Source of the DNA: a virus
Strand: one strand, 5' to 3'
DNA: 64,000 nucleotides
IMG/VR virus record: IMGVR_UViG_3300029915_000003
Part shown: positions 56,078 through 64,000 of the stretch, piece after piece
Numbering within the stretch: the first letter of the stretch is position 1
How the letters are laid out: each line of letters opens with the position of its first letter
Position numbers and translations under genes: made by a program
Notes under the pieces: model-generated
Databases searched by the model: none
The model's input: only the letters and a program-made list of their open reading frames with translations
What the model was told of the DNA's origin: nothing

Positions 56078-56341
56078 ATGCATCCCTTGCAACTCCTACT
56101 GGAAAACCAAGCTTTTTTTGAAGTCCGTTCCTACTCTGGACGTAGTATGTACGGGCGAAAGTGTCTAGGTGTAGAGTTTGATGGAAATAATGGCCTAGGA
56201 CGTATCTTGGCGGCTATTATTTACGGTACTAATGATGATAATCGGGAGGATCTGGCGGATGCAGTAAAGAATACGTGTACTGATTCTATGGGGCTTGGGA
56301 TTATCGTGTATTTCCCTAACGTGCCTTATACCGAGGAATAA
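56078..56341 (+). CDS. conserved phage hypothetical protein
   Basis: RSYSGRSMYG..CLG...DSMG...IVYFP. Confidence 0.62.
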   Translation: MHPLQLLLENQAFFEVRSYSGRSMYGRKCLGVEFDGNNGLGRILAAIIYGTNDDNREDLADAVKNTCTDSMGLGIIVYFPNVPYTEE

Positions 56342-56551
56342 CCAGATATGACCCAAAACTGGATTAAAGATATACAAAACAATTCATGGATTGTAATACG
56401 TGCTGGTTTAAACGGTTATTTCCAATTTAGTTAATAAATGGACTAAAGACAATTTAGAGGAATGTTCGAAGAAACTTGACAACGATCCGAAGATGCCCTA
56501 AAGTGGCTTTTCGATGTAAACACCTTTGACTTTGAGAAAGGATCCCCCCTA

Positions 56552-56794
56552 ATGGCTCGTCTGAAGGCTCACCAGAAGGTTTCCCGCGACTTCCAGCTTC
56601 GTCTTACCAAGGTGCGGCGCGACGCTCGTTATTGCGCTGAACGGTTCGATGCTGCGCGGGACTCGCGGGAGGCCAATACGTGGTGGCATGCAATGAAGGA
56701 AGCGCAAGCAGAGAGGGCATATTACGTTGAAATGCTCCATGCAATGAGGATTTACCGGAAAATCGAGCGCAAGAAGCGGGTTGGTATCGGATAG
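56552..56794 (+). CDS. basic hypothetical protein
   Basis: TTGACA-N17-TAAAGT promoter and AAGGA RBS upstream. Confidence 0.55.
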   Translation: MARLKAHQKVSRDFQLRLTKVRRDARYCAERFDAARDSREANTWWHAMKEAQAERAYYVEMLHAMRIYRKIERKKRVGIG

Positions 56795-56869
56795 TCCGAC
56801 TTTATATAAATGGCTTTTGTTGCGCGACCCAAGAAGAAGCCGAAGCTTATTAAATAAAGGATAATTCCC

Positions 56870-57576
56870 ATGAAAACCTACACGCAAAAAGAACTTTCCG
56901 AAACCCTCCGTTTGCATAAACTCTGGTTAGAAGGTAAGACCGAAGGTGTACAGGCCGATCTGTACGATGCCGATCTGTCCGGGGCCGATCTGTCCGGGGC
57001 CAATTTGACCGGGGCTAATTTGACCGGGGCCAATCTGTCCGGGGCTAATTTGACCGGGGCCAATCTGTCCGGGGCTATTCTGACCGGGGCCGACCTGACC
57101 GGGGCCAATCTGACCGGGGCCGACCTGACCGGGGCCAATCTGGAAGGGGCCAAATTGACCGGGGCCAATCTGTCCAGGGCCAATCTGTCCAAGGCCAATC
57201 TGTCCAAGGCCGATCTTACCGGGGCCAATCTGAGCGGGGCCAACGGTTTCCCAGAAGAGGAAATTGCCAAGCGTCAAATTGTACCGAAGGAAGGGGAGTT
57301 TATTGGTTACAAAAAGCTTGGAAACGGTACGGTGGCGAAGCTTTTGATTCCGGCCGGGGCCAAGCGCATCGGGGGATGACCGATCGCAAGTGTCGGGCTG
57401 AGTTCGCAACGGTACTGGAAGGATCCGGCTTTTCCCGGTATGATTCTTCTTTTGAGTACCGTTGCGGGGAAACCGTTTATCCAACTACTGAAAATCCCTT
57501 CAACCCAGATCCTTTGGTGAAATGTTCTGGGGGGATCCATTTTTTTCTTACCCCAGAAGAAGCCGAAGCTTATTAA
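56870..57576 (+). pseudogene. pentapeptide repeat + DUF5758-like protein split by a 1-nt frameshift in a G5 tract
   Basis: ORFs 56870-57379 and 57376-57576 together align with the intact paralog 58991-59821. Confidence 0.75.
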
Positions 57577-57585
57577 ATAAAGGAT

Positions 57586-57729
57586 AAGCTTTGGCTGGCT
57601 GGTAAGGCTGGAGGTGTACACGCCAATCTGAGCGGGGCCAACCTGATCAGGGCCAATCTGTACGGAGCCAAGGGTTTTCCACAAGAAGAAGTTTCCAAGC
57701 GTCAAATCGTATCAAAGGAAGGGGAATAG
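57586..57729 (+). pseudogene. start-less remnant of a pentapeptide repeat gene
   Basis: [20 protein letters not shown]...KRQIV. Confidence 0.7.
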
Positions 57730-57738
57730 GAATAACAA

Positions 57739-58464
57739 TTGGACTCTACTCTGTTTAAGCCTATCCATAAGCTTCGCAACACTTACCGACCCATTGCTAA
57801 GGAACTAGAAAAGGATATCATCCTTAAGGCTCAAGCAGGGGACAAGAAGTCTCGTGATTTACTGGTAAACAGTAATATGGGACTGGTCATTAAGGAAGCC
57901 CGCAAACAGGCTGGTAGGAAACTGGATATTAATGATTTGGTACAGGTTGGAGCAATGGCCCTATTGGAAACCATTGATAAGTTTGATACCAGTAAGGATT
58001 TGAAGTTTATTACCTACGCCAAGTGGCTGGTGGTAAGCCGTATGCAACGATACCGGGCGGCTCAAAGCGGTATTGTTCATTACGATACCGATAAAACCCG
58101 GCAAGAAGGATATGGGGCTAAAAGGTCGGATCAAAGCCTAAATGAGATTTATTCCAATAGCAAAAAGAATGACATTGAAGGTGATGTGGAGTACCAAGAC
58201 CTTTTAGTGTGTGATGAACCCACCCCAGAAGATAACGCTATTCGCTCTCAAACAAATGGAGAGGTAGCCCTATTTATGGATAATCTTCAAAAGACCCTTA
58301 CCCCTATGGAGAAAGAGTTTATTCCCCGTATTGGTGAAAAAGAGAAGAACAGGGTTCCGCTTCATGAAATCGGTAAAAAGTATGGGTATTGCCGGGAATC
58401 GGTACGACAAAAAGAGGCTAAACTGGTAGCTTGTTTGGCAAATGACCTTAAGGAATACGCATAA
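57739..58464 (+). CDS. sigma70-family sigma factor (RpoH/SigF-like size)
   Basis: LVNSNMGLV, DLVQVG..AL...DKFD...KFITYAKW and LHEIG..YG..RESVRQ.E. Confidence 0.88.
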   Translation: MDSTLFKPIHKLRNTYRPIAKELEKDIILKAQAGDKKSRDLLVNSNMGLVIKEARKQAGRKLDINDLVQVGAMALLETIDKFDTSKDLKFITYAKWLVVSRMQRYRAAQSGIVHYDTDKTRQEGYGAKRSDQSLNEIYSNSKKNDIEGDVEYQDLLVCDEPTPEDNAIRSQTNGEVALFMDNLQKTLTPMEKEFIPRIGEKEKNRVPLHEIGKKYGYCRESVRQKEAKLVACLANDLKEYA

Positions 58465-58602
58465 CAATCGGAACAAAAGGCTTGACACCATTTACGAGAA
58501 AACTCCCCGAAACGTAACAATTAAATAGGATTTATCTTCAAATCCCAAGCTTGACACCTCGAAATGTTCGTGCTACATTGGCAAGACAATGGAGGGGACG
58601 CA

Positions 58603-58968
58603 ATGGACATTTTGATTTTGGATGATGAAGATGTTAGACACTCTGAGTTCGCCAAGCGTTTTCGGGAGCATAACGTATTCCATACCAAGGATCCTTGGGA
58701 AGCTGTTTGCTGGATGAAGGAACGTAAGTTCGATTTGGTTTCTTTAGACCATGACCTTAACTGGTTCGAGTTTACACCCTACAAGCAGGAGATCACTGGT
58801 ACTGAGGTTGCACGTGCGATGCTTGCCCTTCCTGGCGAAAATAGGCCCGGTGAAATTCATATCCACAGTTGGAATCCAGATGGAGCGCGGCGGATGTTTC
58901 TGATTTTGAAAGAGGCCGGGTTTGTTCATATCATCCGCAACCCTTTTACTGCAATTAAATCCATTTAG
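58603..58968 (+). CDS. cyclic-phosphate-processing receiver-like (cREC) domain protein
   Basis: ILDD, SLDHDL, TG..V and HSWNP.GA..M; TTGACA-N17-TACATT promoter. Confidence 0.72.
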   Translation: MDILILDDEDVRHSEFAKRFREHNVFHTKDPWEAVCWMKERKFDLVSLDHDLNWFEFTPYKQEITGTEVARAMLALPGENRPGEIHIHSWNPDGARRMFLILKEAGFVHIIRNPFTAIKSI

Positions 58969-58990
58969 CCCCATAAAAAGGACAATTCCC

Positions 58991-59821
58991 ATGAAAACCT
59001 ACACGCAAAAAGAACTTTCCGAAACCCTCCGTTTGCATAAGCTTTGGTTAGAAGGTAAGGCTGGAGGTGTACTGGCCAATCTGTACGGGGCTATTCTGTC
59101 CGGGGCCAATCTGTCCGAGGCTATTCTGTCCGGGGCCGAACTGATCAGGGCCAAATTGACCGGGGCCAATCTGTCCGGGGCCGAACTGATCAGGGCCAAT
59201 CTGTCCGGGGCCGAACTGATCAGGGCCAATCTGACCGGGGCCAAATTGACCGGGGCCAATCTGTCCGGGGCCAATCTGTCCGGGGCCAATCTGTCCGGGG
59301 CCGATCTGTACGGGGCCACACTGACCTGGGCCACACTGACCTGGGCCAAATTGACCGGGGCCAATCTGTCCGGGGCTAATCTACGCGGGGTCAATCTGTC
59401 CGGGGCCAATCTGTCCGAGGCCAATCTGTCCGGGGCTAATCTGTCCGGGGTCAATCTGTCCGGGGCCAATCTACGCGGGGCCAAAAACTTTCCCCCGAGG
59501 GAGATAGCCAAGCGTCAAATTGTTCCCCCCGTAGGTGAATTTATCGGTTACAAGAAGGTTTACAATAGAACTCGGGGGGCAGTCGTAATTGGTTTGCGAA
59601 TTCCAGCCGGAGCCAAGCGTGTTGGGGGCGTAATTGGTCGAAAGTGTCGAGCGTCTTGCGTTGTCGCTCTTGGAAGTGGCGTAAGCAATTTCGATGGAAG
59701 CTTCAAGTATACCAAGGGGAAGAAGGCTAAACCCAAGAAGCCTTTTAATCCAGATCCCTTGGTGGAATGCACTAGCGGGATCCACTTCTTTTTGACACCA
59801 GAAGAAGCCGTAGACTATTAG
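58991..59821 (+). CDS. pentapeptide repeat protein with C-terminal DUF5758-like domain
   Basis: Repeats followed by FIGYKK, RKCRA and C..GIHFF...EEA..Y. Confidence 0.85.
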   Translation: MKTYTQKELSETLRLHKLWLEGKAGGVLANLYGAILSGANLSEAILSGAELIRAKLTGANLSGAELIRANLSGAELIRANLTGAKLTGANLSGANLSGANLSGADLYGATLTWATLTWAKLTGANLSGANLRGVNLSGANLSEANLSGANLSGVNLSGANLRGAKNFPPREIAKRQIVPPVGEFIGYKKVYNRTRGAVVIGLRIPAGAKRVGGVIGRKCRASCVVALGSGVSNFDGSFKYTKGKKAKPKKPFNPDPLVECTSGIHFFLTPEEAVDY

Positions 59822-60025
59822 AAAGCCACCAACACGAAAACGGGATTTCCAAATGCCGAACTACGAAGGCTAAGTCTTACCTTGCAAAAGCACAAAAGAT
59901 AGCAACCAAACTAGATCAAACCATCGTTTTCTCTACCGAACCCAACAAGGATGAACCTCATTTTTGGACTCATTCTAGTTGGTGTATCGGTGAAGATGAA
60001 TACTAAACCTCCAAAGGAATTAAAT

Positions 60026-60295
60026 ATGACTAAAACCAAAGTAGACCTGAAGTCCCTTAATGACCAAGATCTGGCCGATGAGTTGGAACGTCGAAAAAAT
60101 GAGTCCAGAGAAGAGAAGAGCCGGAAGAATCAAGCTCGTATTATCGAACTCATTTCAATTGTAAGGGAAAGTATGCAAGAAATCGAACTTCTTGCTAAGG
60201 AATCCCAACAGTATGTGGTTGTTGGTTGGGGTGGTGGTAGTACCAGTTTTGATGGTAAGAGTGATTTCCCCGAGTGGTATTCTTCTAGCTGCTAA
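60026..60295 (+). CDS. small helical protein, WxxSxxC-tail family
   Basis: Ends EWYSSSC. Confidence 0.58.
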   Translation: MTKTKVDLKSLNDQDLADELERRKNESREEKSRKNQARIIELISIVRESMQEIELLAKESQQYVVVGWGGGSTSFDGKSDFPEWYSSSC

Positions 60296-60371
60296 ATAGG
60301 ATATAATACAAATGCTACTACGACAATCCTTCGTGGGAATCAAGTAGTAGTTGTTGGTAAGGAGATCATAT

Positions 60372-60614
60372 ATGCCTATTATTGAATACGGTGGGGAAAA
60401 TCACACCCCCGAAGAAGAAGCCAAGCGCAAAGAAGCTGGAGCCAAGGTAGATGTCTTGTTCAAAGAGGCCCTGGCTATCTTAGCCAAGGCGGAAATCATA
60501 GCCAAAGAGGCTGGAATATTGGTTGAGTTCCCGCTTGACGGCATCGATGGGATATACTATAACGGTTCAGGTGACTTTTGGACCTCATCGCAATGGTGCT
60601 TAGGCAATGGGTAA
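60372..60614 (+). CDS. small helical protein, WxxSxxC-tail family
   Basis: FWTSSQWC. Confidence 0.6.
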   Translation: MPIIEYGGENHTPEEEAKRKEAGAKVDVLFKEALAILAKAEIIAKEAGILVEFPLDGIDGIYYNGSGDFWTSSQWCLGNG

Positions 60615-60804
60615 CAAGGCAGAAAAGAAGCGTCAAGAAGATCTAGAGAAGATGACCGAGCATCTAGATAAAGCCTTGCGCCTAGTAGAAAAAGCTCAAA
60701 AGATAGCTAAGCGCCTTGATTTGACTATCAAATTCGATATGCCTTTGGATGATTCCGAAGATATGCGCTTTTGGACTCATTCCAGTTGGTGTATTTACCC
60801 ATAA
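60607..60804 (+). CDS. small helical protein, WxxSxxC-tail family
   Basis: FWTHSSWC. Confidence 0.6.
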   Translation: MGNKAEKKRQEDLEKMTEHLDKALRLVEKAQKIAKRLDLTIKFDMPLDDSEDMRFWTHSSWCIYP

Positions 60805-60816
60805 AGGGAGTAGCCC

Positions 60817-61539
60817 GTGCTTCTCATCGGTAGCCATGCAGCTAAGATAAATGGGTTGGTTCTTGCCCAAACTGTTCAAATCAATAACAGTTACTTTTAC
60901 GTAGCCGATCTGAACACTCTTTATGCTTTGAAGATGTCCCATCGTTTCCTACGCAATAGCCCCCATTTCTATAAGACAATGGCGGATATCAAGCTGATGC
61001 GTAAAAACGGCTTGGAGATAAGCCCGGACCTAAAAGAATGGTACAAGCTACGGGTTAAGGAAACCTATTGGTATAAGCACCCAAAACTGAACGTCTCTAA
61101 GGAACAGTTCTTTAAAGATGATTCTATTAATTACATCTACGACCACGATTCTATTCATGAATCCGTGGCTGGTCGGCATGAGCCTATGTATACCAAATAC
61201 CTTAAGCCGGGATCAGAGGTGGAATGTGACCGGGCCTTATGGGAAGCGTTGCCTAAAGAACTTAAGCTAAAGGGCGTAGCTGAAGAGGCTTACGTACTTG
61301 CCTTGGAGCGTAGCCAGATCCCTTTTAAGGACAAGGGAATCGACCCATACGACTCTTTTAAATACGCTTTGATGAAAGTCTGTACCTCTATTACTTCGGG
61401 CTGGTTCCGGGAGTTCGCCTGGGAAAACCACGATGAGGTGCTAGATATGTACGACGCTACCTACGTAGATAGGTTCTGGATGGACGTAAAGGCCGGGGAA
61501 GTCAAGCCATTTACCCCTACCGTATCATTGATGGGATAA
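60817..61539 (+). CDS. conserved phage protein (DUF7275-like)
   Basis: LKMSH, FF.D...YDHDSIH, EE..VLALER and TSGWFR. Confidence 0.55.
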   Translation: MLLIGSHAAKINGLVLAQTVQINNSYFYVADLNTLYALKMSHRFLRNSPHFYKTMADIKLMRKNGLEISPDLKEWYKLRVKETYWYKHPKLNVSKEQFFKDDSINYIYDHDSIHESVAGRHEPMYTKYLKPGSEVECDRALWEALPKELKLKGVAEEAYVLALERSQIPFKDKGIDPYDSFKYALMKVCTSITSGWFREFAWENHDEVLDMYDATYVDRFWMDVKAGEVKPFTPTVSLMG

Positions 61540-61651
61540 ATATCGACCTTCCTATTACGATGATAAGGGGAATAAGATATTCCTGTTGAAAGAAACTTGA
61601 CACCTCAAATCTAGGGTGTTAAATTAAGGATCCTTCTTAAAGCCAAATGGA

Positions 61652-61960
61652 GTGCATATGGTCAACGAAACTGTTAGTTTGCTTCGTAGCTTCATTTCCA
61701 GTCGTACTGTTATTTCCTTTGAGTACAATGGAGGGAGACGGACCGTAGAGCCTTATTGCCTTGGTATTAACCATAAGGGAAATACTGTTCTTAGAGCTTA
61801 CCAACTGGAAGGATACAGCGAAACCAATACTCCTACCGGTTGGAAGATGTTCCTGGTTCCATCTATCAACCTTATTGAATTCAGCTTTCAATCCTTTCAA
61901 ATTAGAAGTCAGTACAATCCAAACGACAAAGCAATGGTCGAAATCCTGGAAAGAGTTTAA
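61652..61960 (+). CDS. stand-alone WYL domain protein
   Basis: F.Y.G..R.VEPY.LG...LRAYQ...WKMF; TTGACA-N17-TAAATT promoter. Confidence 0.8.
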   Translation: MHMVNETVSLLRSFISSRTVISFEYNGGRRTVEPYCLGINHKGNTVLRAYQLEGYSETNTPTGWKMFLVPSINLIEFSFQSFQIRSQYNPNDKAMVEILERV

Positions 61961-62039
61961 ATAAAATGACTACACTTTTGAATGAGGCAAAGCGTCTGTA
62001 CCACTCCCATCCGTCCGATGCGAACGGGGTGTCTCAGAG

Positions 62040-62309
62040 GTGAAAAAGCTAATTATTGGTCTATTATTGCTATTGATTGGATGCAGCCAAGAGCCATTCC
62101 TACAAGAAGACAACATTTGTGCTGTATACTACTGTAATGGTAATGTAACACTTCTTACATATCAAGACGGTCAAGGGGTGTGTCTATGTGAGTGTAAGGA
62201 TGGTGGTATCGGTGTTTATGCTCCGGCACCTCTATTGAACGTATCCAGCCAAGAACTTTCCCGTATCGTTAGAGTTCAGCAACAATGGGCGGCGATGTGT
62301 TCAAACTAA
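62040..62309 (+). CDS. putative lipoprotein
   Basis: MKKLIIGLLLLLIGC lipobox. Confidence 0.6.
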   Translation: MKKLIIGLLLLLIGCSQEPFLQEDNICAVYYCNGNVTLLTYQDGQGVCLCECKDGGIGVYAPAPLLNVSSQELSRIVRVQQQWAAMCSN

Positions 62310-62461
62310 TATACATCAGACCTTGTAAGCACAGGTGGGGAGTTATGGGATACAATCTAGTTAGTATTAACTGTATTTGCGATAGATGCTTGCGCGCAGG
62401 AGAGAGCCGCGTTCGGGTGTTTAATTTCAATATAAGAAACTTCAGCCATATGGGCATTTAA
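62297..62461 (+). CDS. YxRxCxH/CxxC microprotein
   Basis: Manual translation: YIRPCKH...CDRC...FNFNIR. Confidence 0.58.
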   Translation: MFKLIYIRPCKHRWGVMGYNLVSINCICDRCLRAGESRVRVFNFNIRNFSHMGI

Positions 62462-62608
62462 ATGGTGACAAACATATACGTAAGGTACTGCTGCAAGCAT
62501 TTTAGCTATGGTTTATATCTAAGTCCTGTTAGTCTTACTTTTGTTGTTTTTTGTGAGAGTTGTGGTGTTTTGAACTTTTCCTTAAACGAACGTAAGATGA
62601 TTCATTGA
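62462..62608 (+). CDS. YxRxCxH/CxxC microprotein
   Basis: Manual translation: YVRYCCKH...CESC...FSLNER. Confidence 0.58.
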   Translation: MVTNIYVRYCCKHFSYGLYLSPVSLTFVVFCESCGVLNFSLNERKMIH

Positions 62609-62807
62609 CATACCTCCCAAAAGAGTGTACAAAGCTCCTCCATTTAACGCAGGAGCCTACATTGACAGTCAACAAGATCCGTGATATCGTTTGGTTTGCT
62701 GGTTTCGCTTATATTTGCTTGTGGCCTTTGTTTTGAAATAATACAGATTTGAAACGATAAGCATTAAACATAATTTTCCTTGGTTGGTAATTCGAAAAAG
62801 GAGAATT

Positions 62808-63329
62808 ATGACAAAAAAAGATTACGATATAAACCCTAAATTATGCAAGCAATGCAATTGTGTTATCGTCTTTGAAAAAAGAGAAAACAAGTTCTGTACT
62901 AGTAAGTGCAGTGCAATTATTAATAATAAAACAAGAATTAGGAAAACCAAAAAAATAAGACTATGCGAATGCGGATCACAAACATCCTCTAGATGTGCAA
63001 AGTATTGTAAACATTGTATTGAAAAAGGAAAACATCTTCACATAGCCAAAAATTTCAATTCTATTAAATCGGAATCAGCTAGAAGAAGATGGTTACTAAG
63101 AGAGTCAAAAACACCAGAATGTTCTTTGTGTGGTATAAATACGTGGCAAGGAAAACCAACACCAGTTGTTATGGATCACATAGATGGAAATCCAAATAAC
63201 AACTGTCGGGAAAACCTTCGTTTAATTTGCTCCAATTGCGATGCACAACTACCAACATACAAAGGAAAAAATAAGGGGAATGGAAGACATTCCAGGGCTC
63301 AAAGATACAAAAATGGTCAATCTTACTAA
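62808..63329 (+). CDS. HNH homing endonuclease with Zn fingers
   Basis: CSLC, DHIDGN..NN...NL..ICSNC; directly upstream of tRNAs. Confidence 0.85.
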   Translation: MTKKDYDINPKLCKQCNCVIVFEKRENKFCTSKCSAIINNKTRIRKTKKIRLCECGSQTSSRCAKYCKHCIEKGKHLHIAKNFNSIKSESARRRWLLRESKTPECSLCGINTWQGKPTPVVMDHIDGNPNNNCRENLRLICSNCDAQLPTYKGKNKGNGRHSRAQRYKNGQSY

Positions 63330-63338
63330 AAACACATT

Positions 63339-63414
63339 GCACTCTTCATATAGTGGCCTATTATACTGAGCTTGTACCTCAGTCACGGTGGTTCAAATCC
63401 ACCAGGGTGCTCCA
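63339..63414 (+). tRNA. tRNA-Thr (TGT)
   Basis: GCACTCT/AGGGTGC acceptor stem; CTGAG-CTTGTAC-CTCAG; encoded CCA. Confidence 0.85.
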
Positions 63415-63446
63415 CTTTATTCCCTCGTATCAAAGTAAATAATTTT

Positions 63447-63523
63447 GGCCCTGTAGCTCAGATGGACAGAGCAAGTTTTTCCTAAAAACTAGGTCGGAAG
63501 TTCAAATCTTCCCAGGGTCGCCA
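63447..63523 (+). tRNA. tRNA-Arg (CCT)
   Basis: AGTTT-TTCCTAA-AAACT anticodon arm; encoded CCA. Confidence 0.88.
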
Positions 63524-63542
63524 ATTTAAACCAAGGAACCTA

Positions 63543-64000
63543 ATGAAAACCCCTACGCCTGATGAACTTTCCGAAACCCTCCGTTTGCACCAACTCTGGT
63601 TAGAAGGTAAGGCTGGAGGTGTACGGGCCAATCTGTCCGGGGCCAATCTGACCGGGGCCGACCTGACCGGGGCTATTCTGTACGAGGCCAATCTGTACGG
63701 GGCTATTCTGACCGGGGCTATTCTGTACGAGGCCAATCTGTACGGGGCTAATCTGACCGGGGCTAATCTGACCGGGGCTAATCTGTCCGGGGCCAATCTG
63801 TCCCAAGCCAATCTGACCGGGGTCGATCTGTCCTGGGCCAATCTGTCCAAGGCCGATCTGGAAGGGGCCAATCTGTCCAAGGCCGATCTGTCCGGGGCCG
63901 ATCTGTACGGGGCCGATCTGTACGGGGCCTATCTGGAATGGGCCAATCTGACCGGGGCCGACCTGACCGGGGCTATTCTGTACGAGGCCAATCTGTACGG
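63543..64000 (+). CDS. pentapeptide repeat protein, partial (runs off the window)
   Basis: [23 protein letters not shown] followed by ANLxG repeats; not in the ORF track. Confidence 0.85.
   Translation, partial: MKTPTPDELSETLRLHQLWLEGKAGGVRANLSGANLTGADLTGAILYEANLYGAILTGAILYEANLYGANLTGANLTGANLSGANLSQANLTGVDLSWANLSKADLEGANLSKADLSGADLYGADLYGAYLEWANLTGADLTGAILYEANLY

Noticed and set aside
1-64000. Alternative genetic code (stop-codon reassignment)
   Set aside because: Core genes are full length in code 11, all three stop codons terminate genes, and no suppressor tRNA was seen.

Overview
This window is a 64-kb segment of a large lytic tailed-phage genome. Its head genes resemble those of SPO1/Twort-like myoviruses. 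The host is unknown; parS, sigma54 boxes and DAG-type peptide motifs weakly hint at Myxococcota or other delta-proteobacteria. Layout: (1) 1-15.3 kb, minus strand, replication and nucleotide genes: DnaE PHP fragment, phosphoesterases, intein-containing class II RNR, RuvC, SbcC, GroEL, AAA ATPase, tRNA-Trp and tRNA-Asn. (2) A non-coding strand switch at 15.3-15.8 kb. (3) 15.9-28 kb, plus strand: kinase, helicase, an intein-split sigma factor, GroES-like, SbcD, terminase and portal. (4) 28-44 kb: ThyX, a free-standing endonuclease, capsid/scaffold/neck genes, a prohead protease-kinase fusion and a GGDEF-GNAT fusion. (5) 44.8-47.8 kb: a tandem array of paralogous Cys/His microproteins. (6) 47.8-49.1 kb: a non-coding block packed with host-factor sites (sigma54 boxes, parS, DnaA boxes, IHF-like sites). 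(7) 49-64 kb, a putative early region, GC-richer and GATC-rich in its first part: DUF932, repeated RNA hairpins, pentapeptide-repeat paralogs, a second sigma factor, WYL, HNH, tRNA-Thr and tRNA-Arg. Best candidates for new biology: an intein whose endonuclease is a separate gene nested in the +1 frame; the phased sigma54/parS/DnaA site array; the ~18-member YxRxCxH...CxxC microprotein family; and enzyme domains linked to head proteins through prohead-protease-type K-S/K-A sites. All calls come from reading motifs by eye; no database searches were run.
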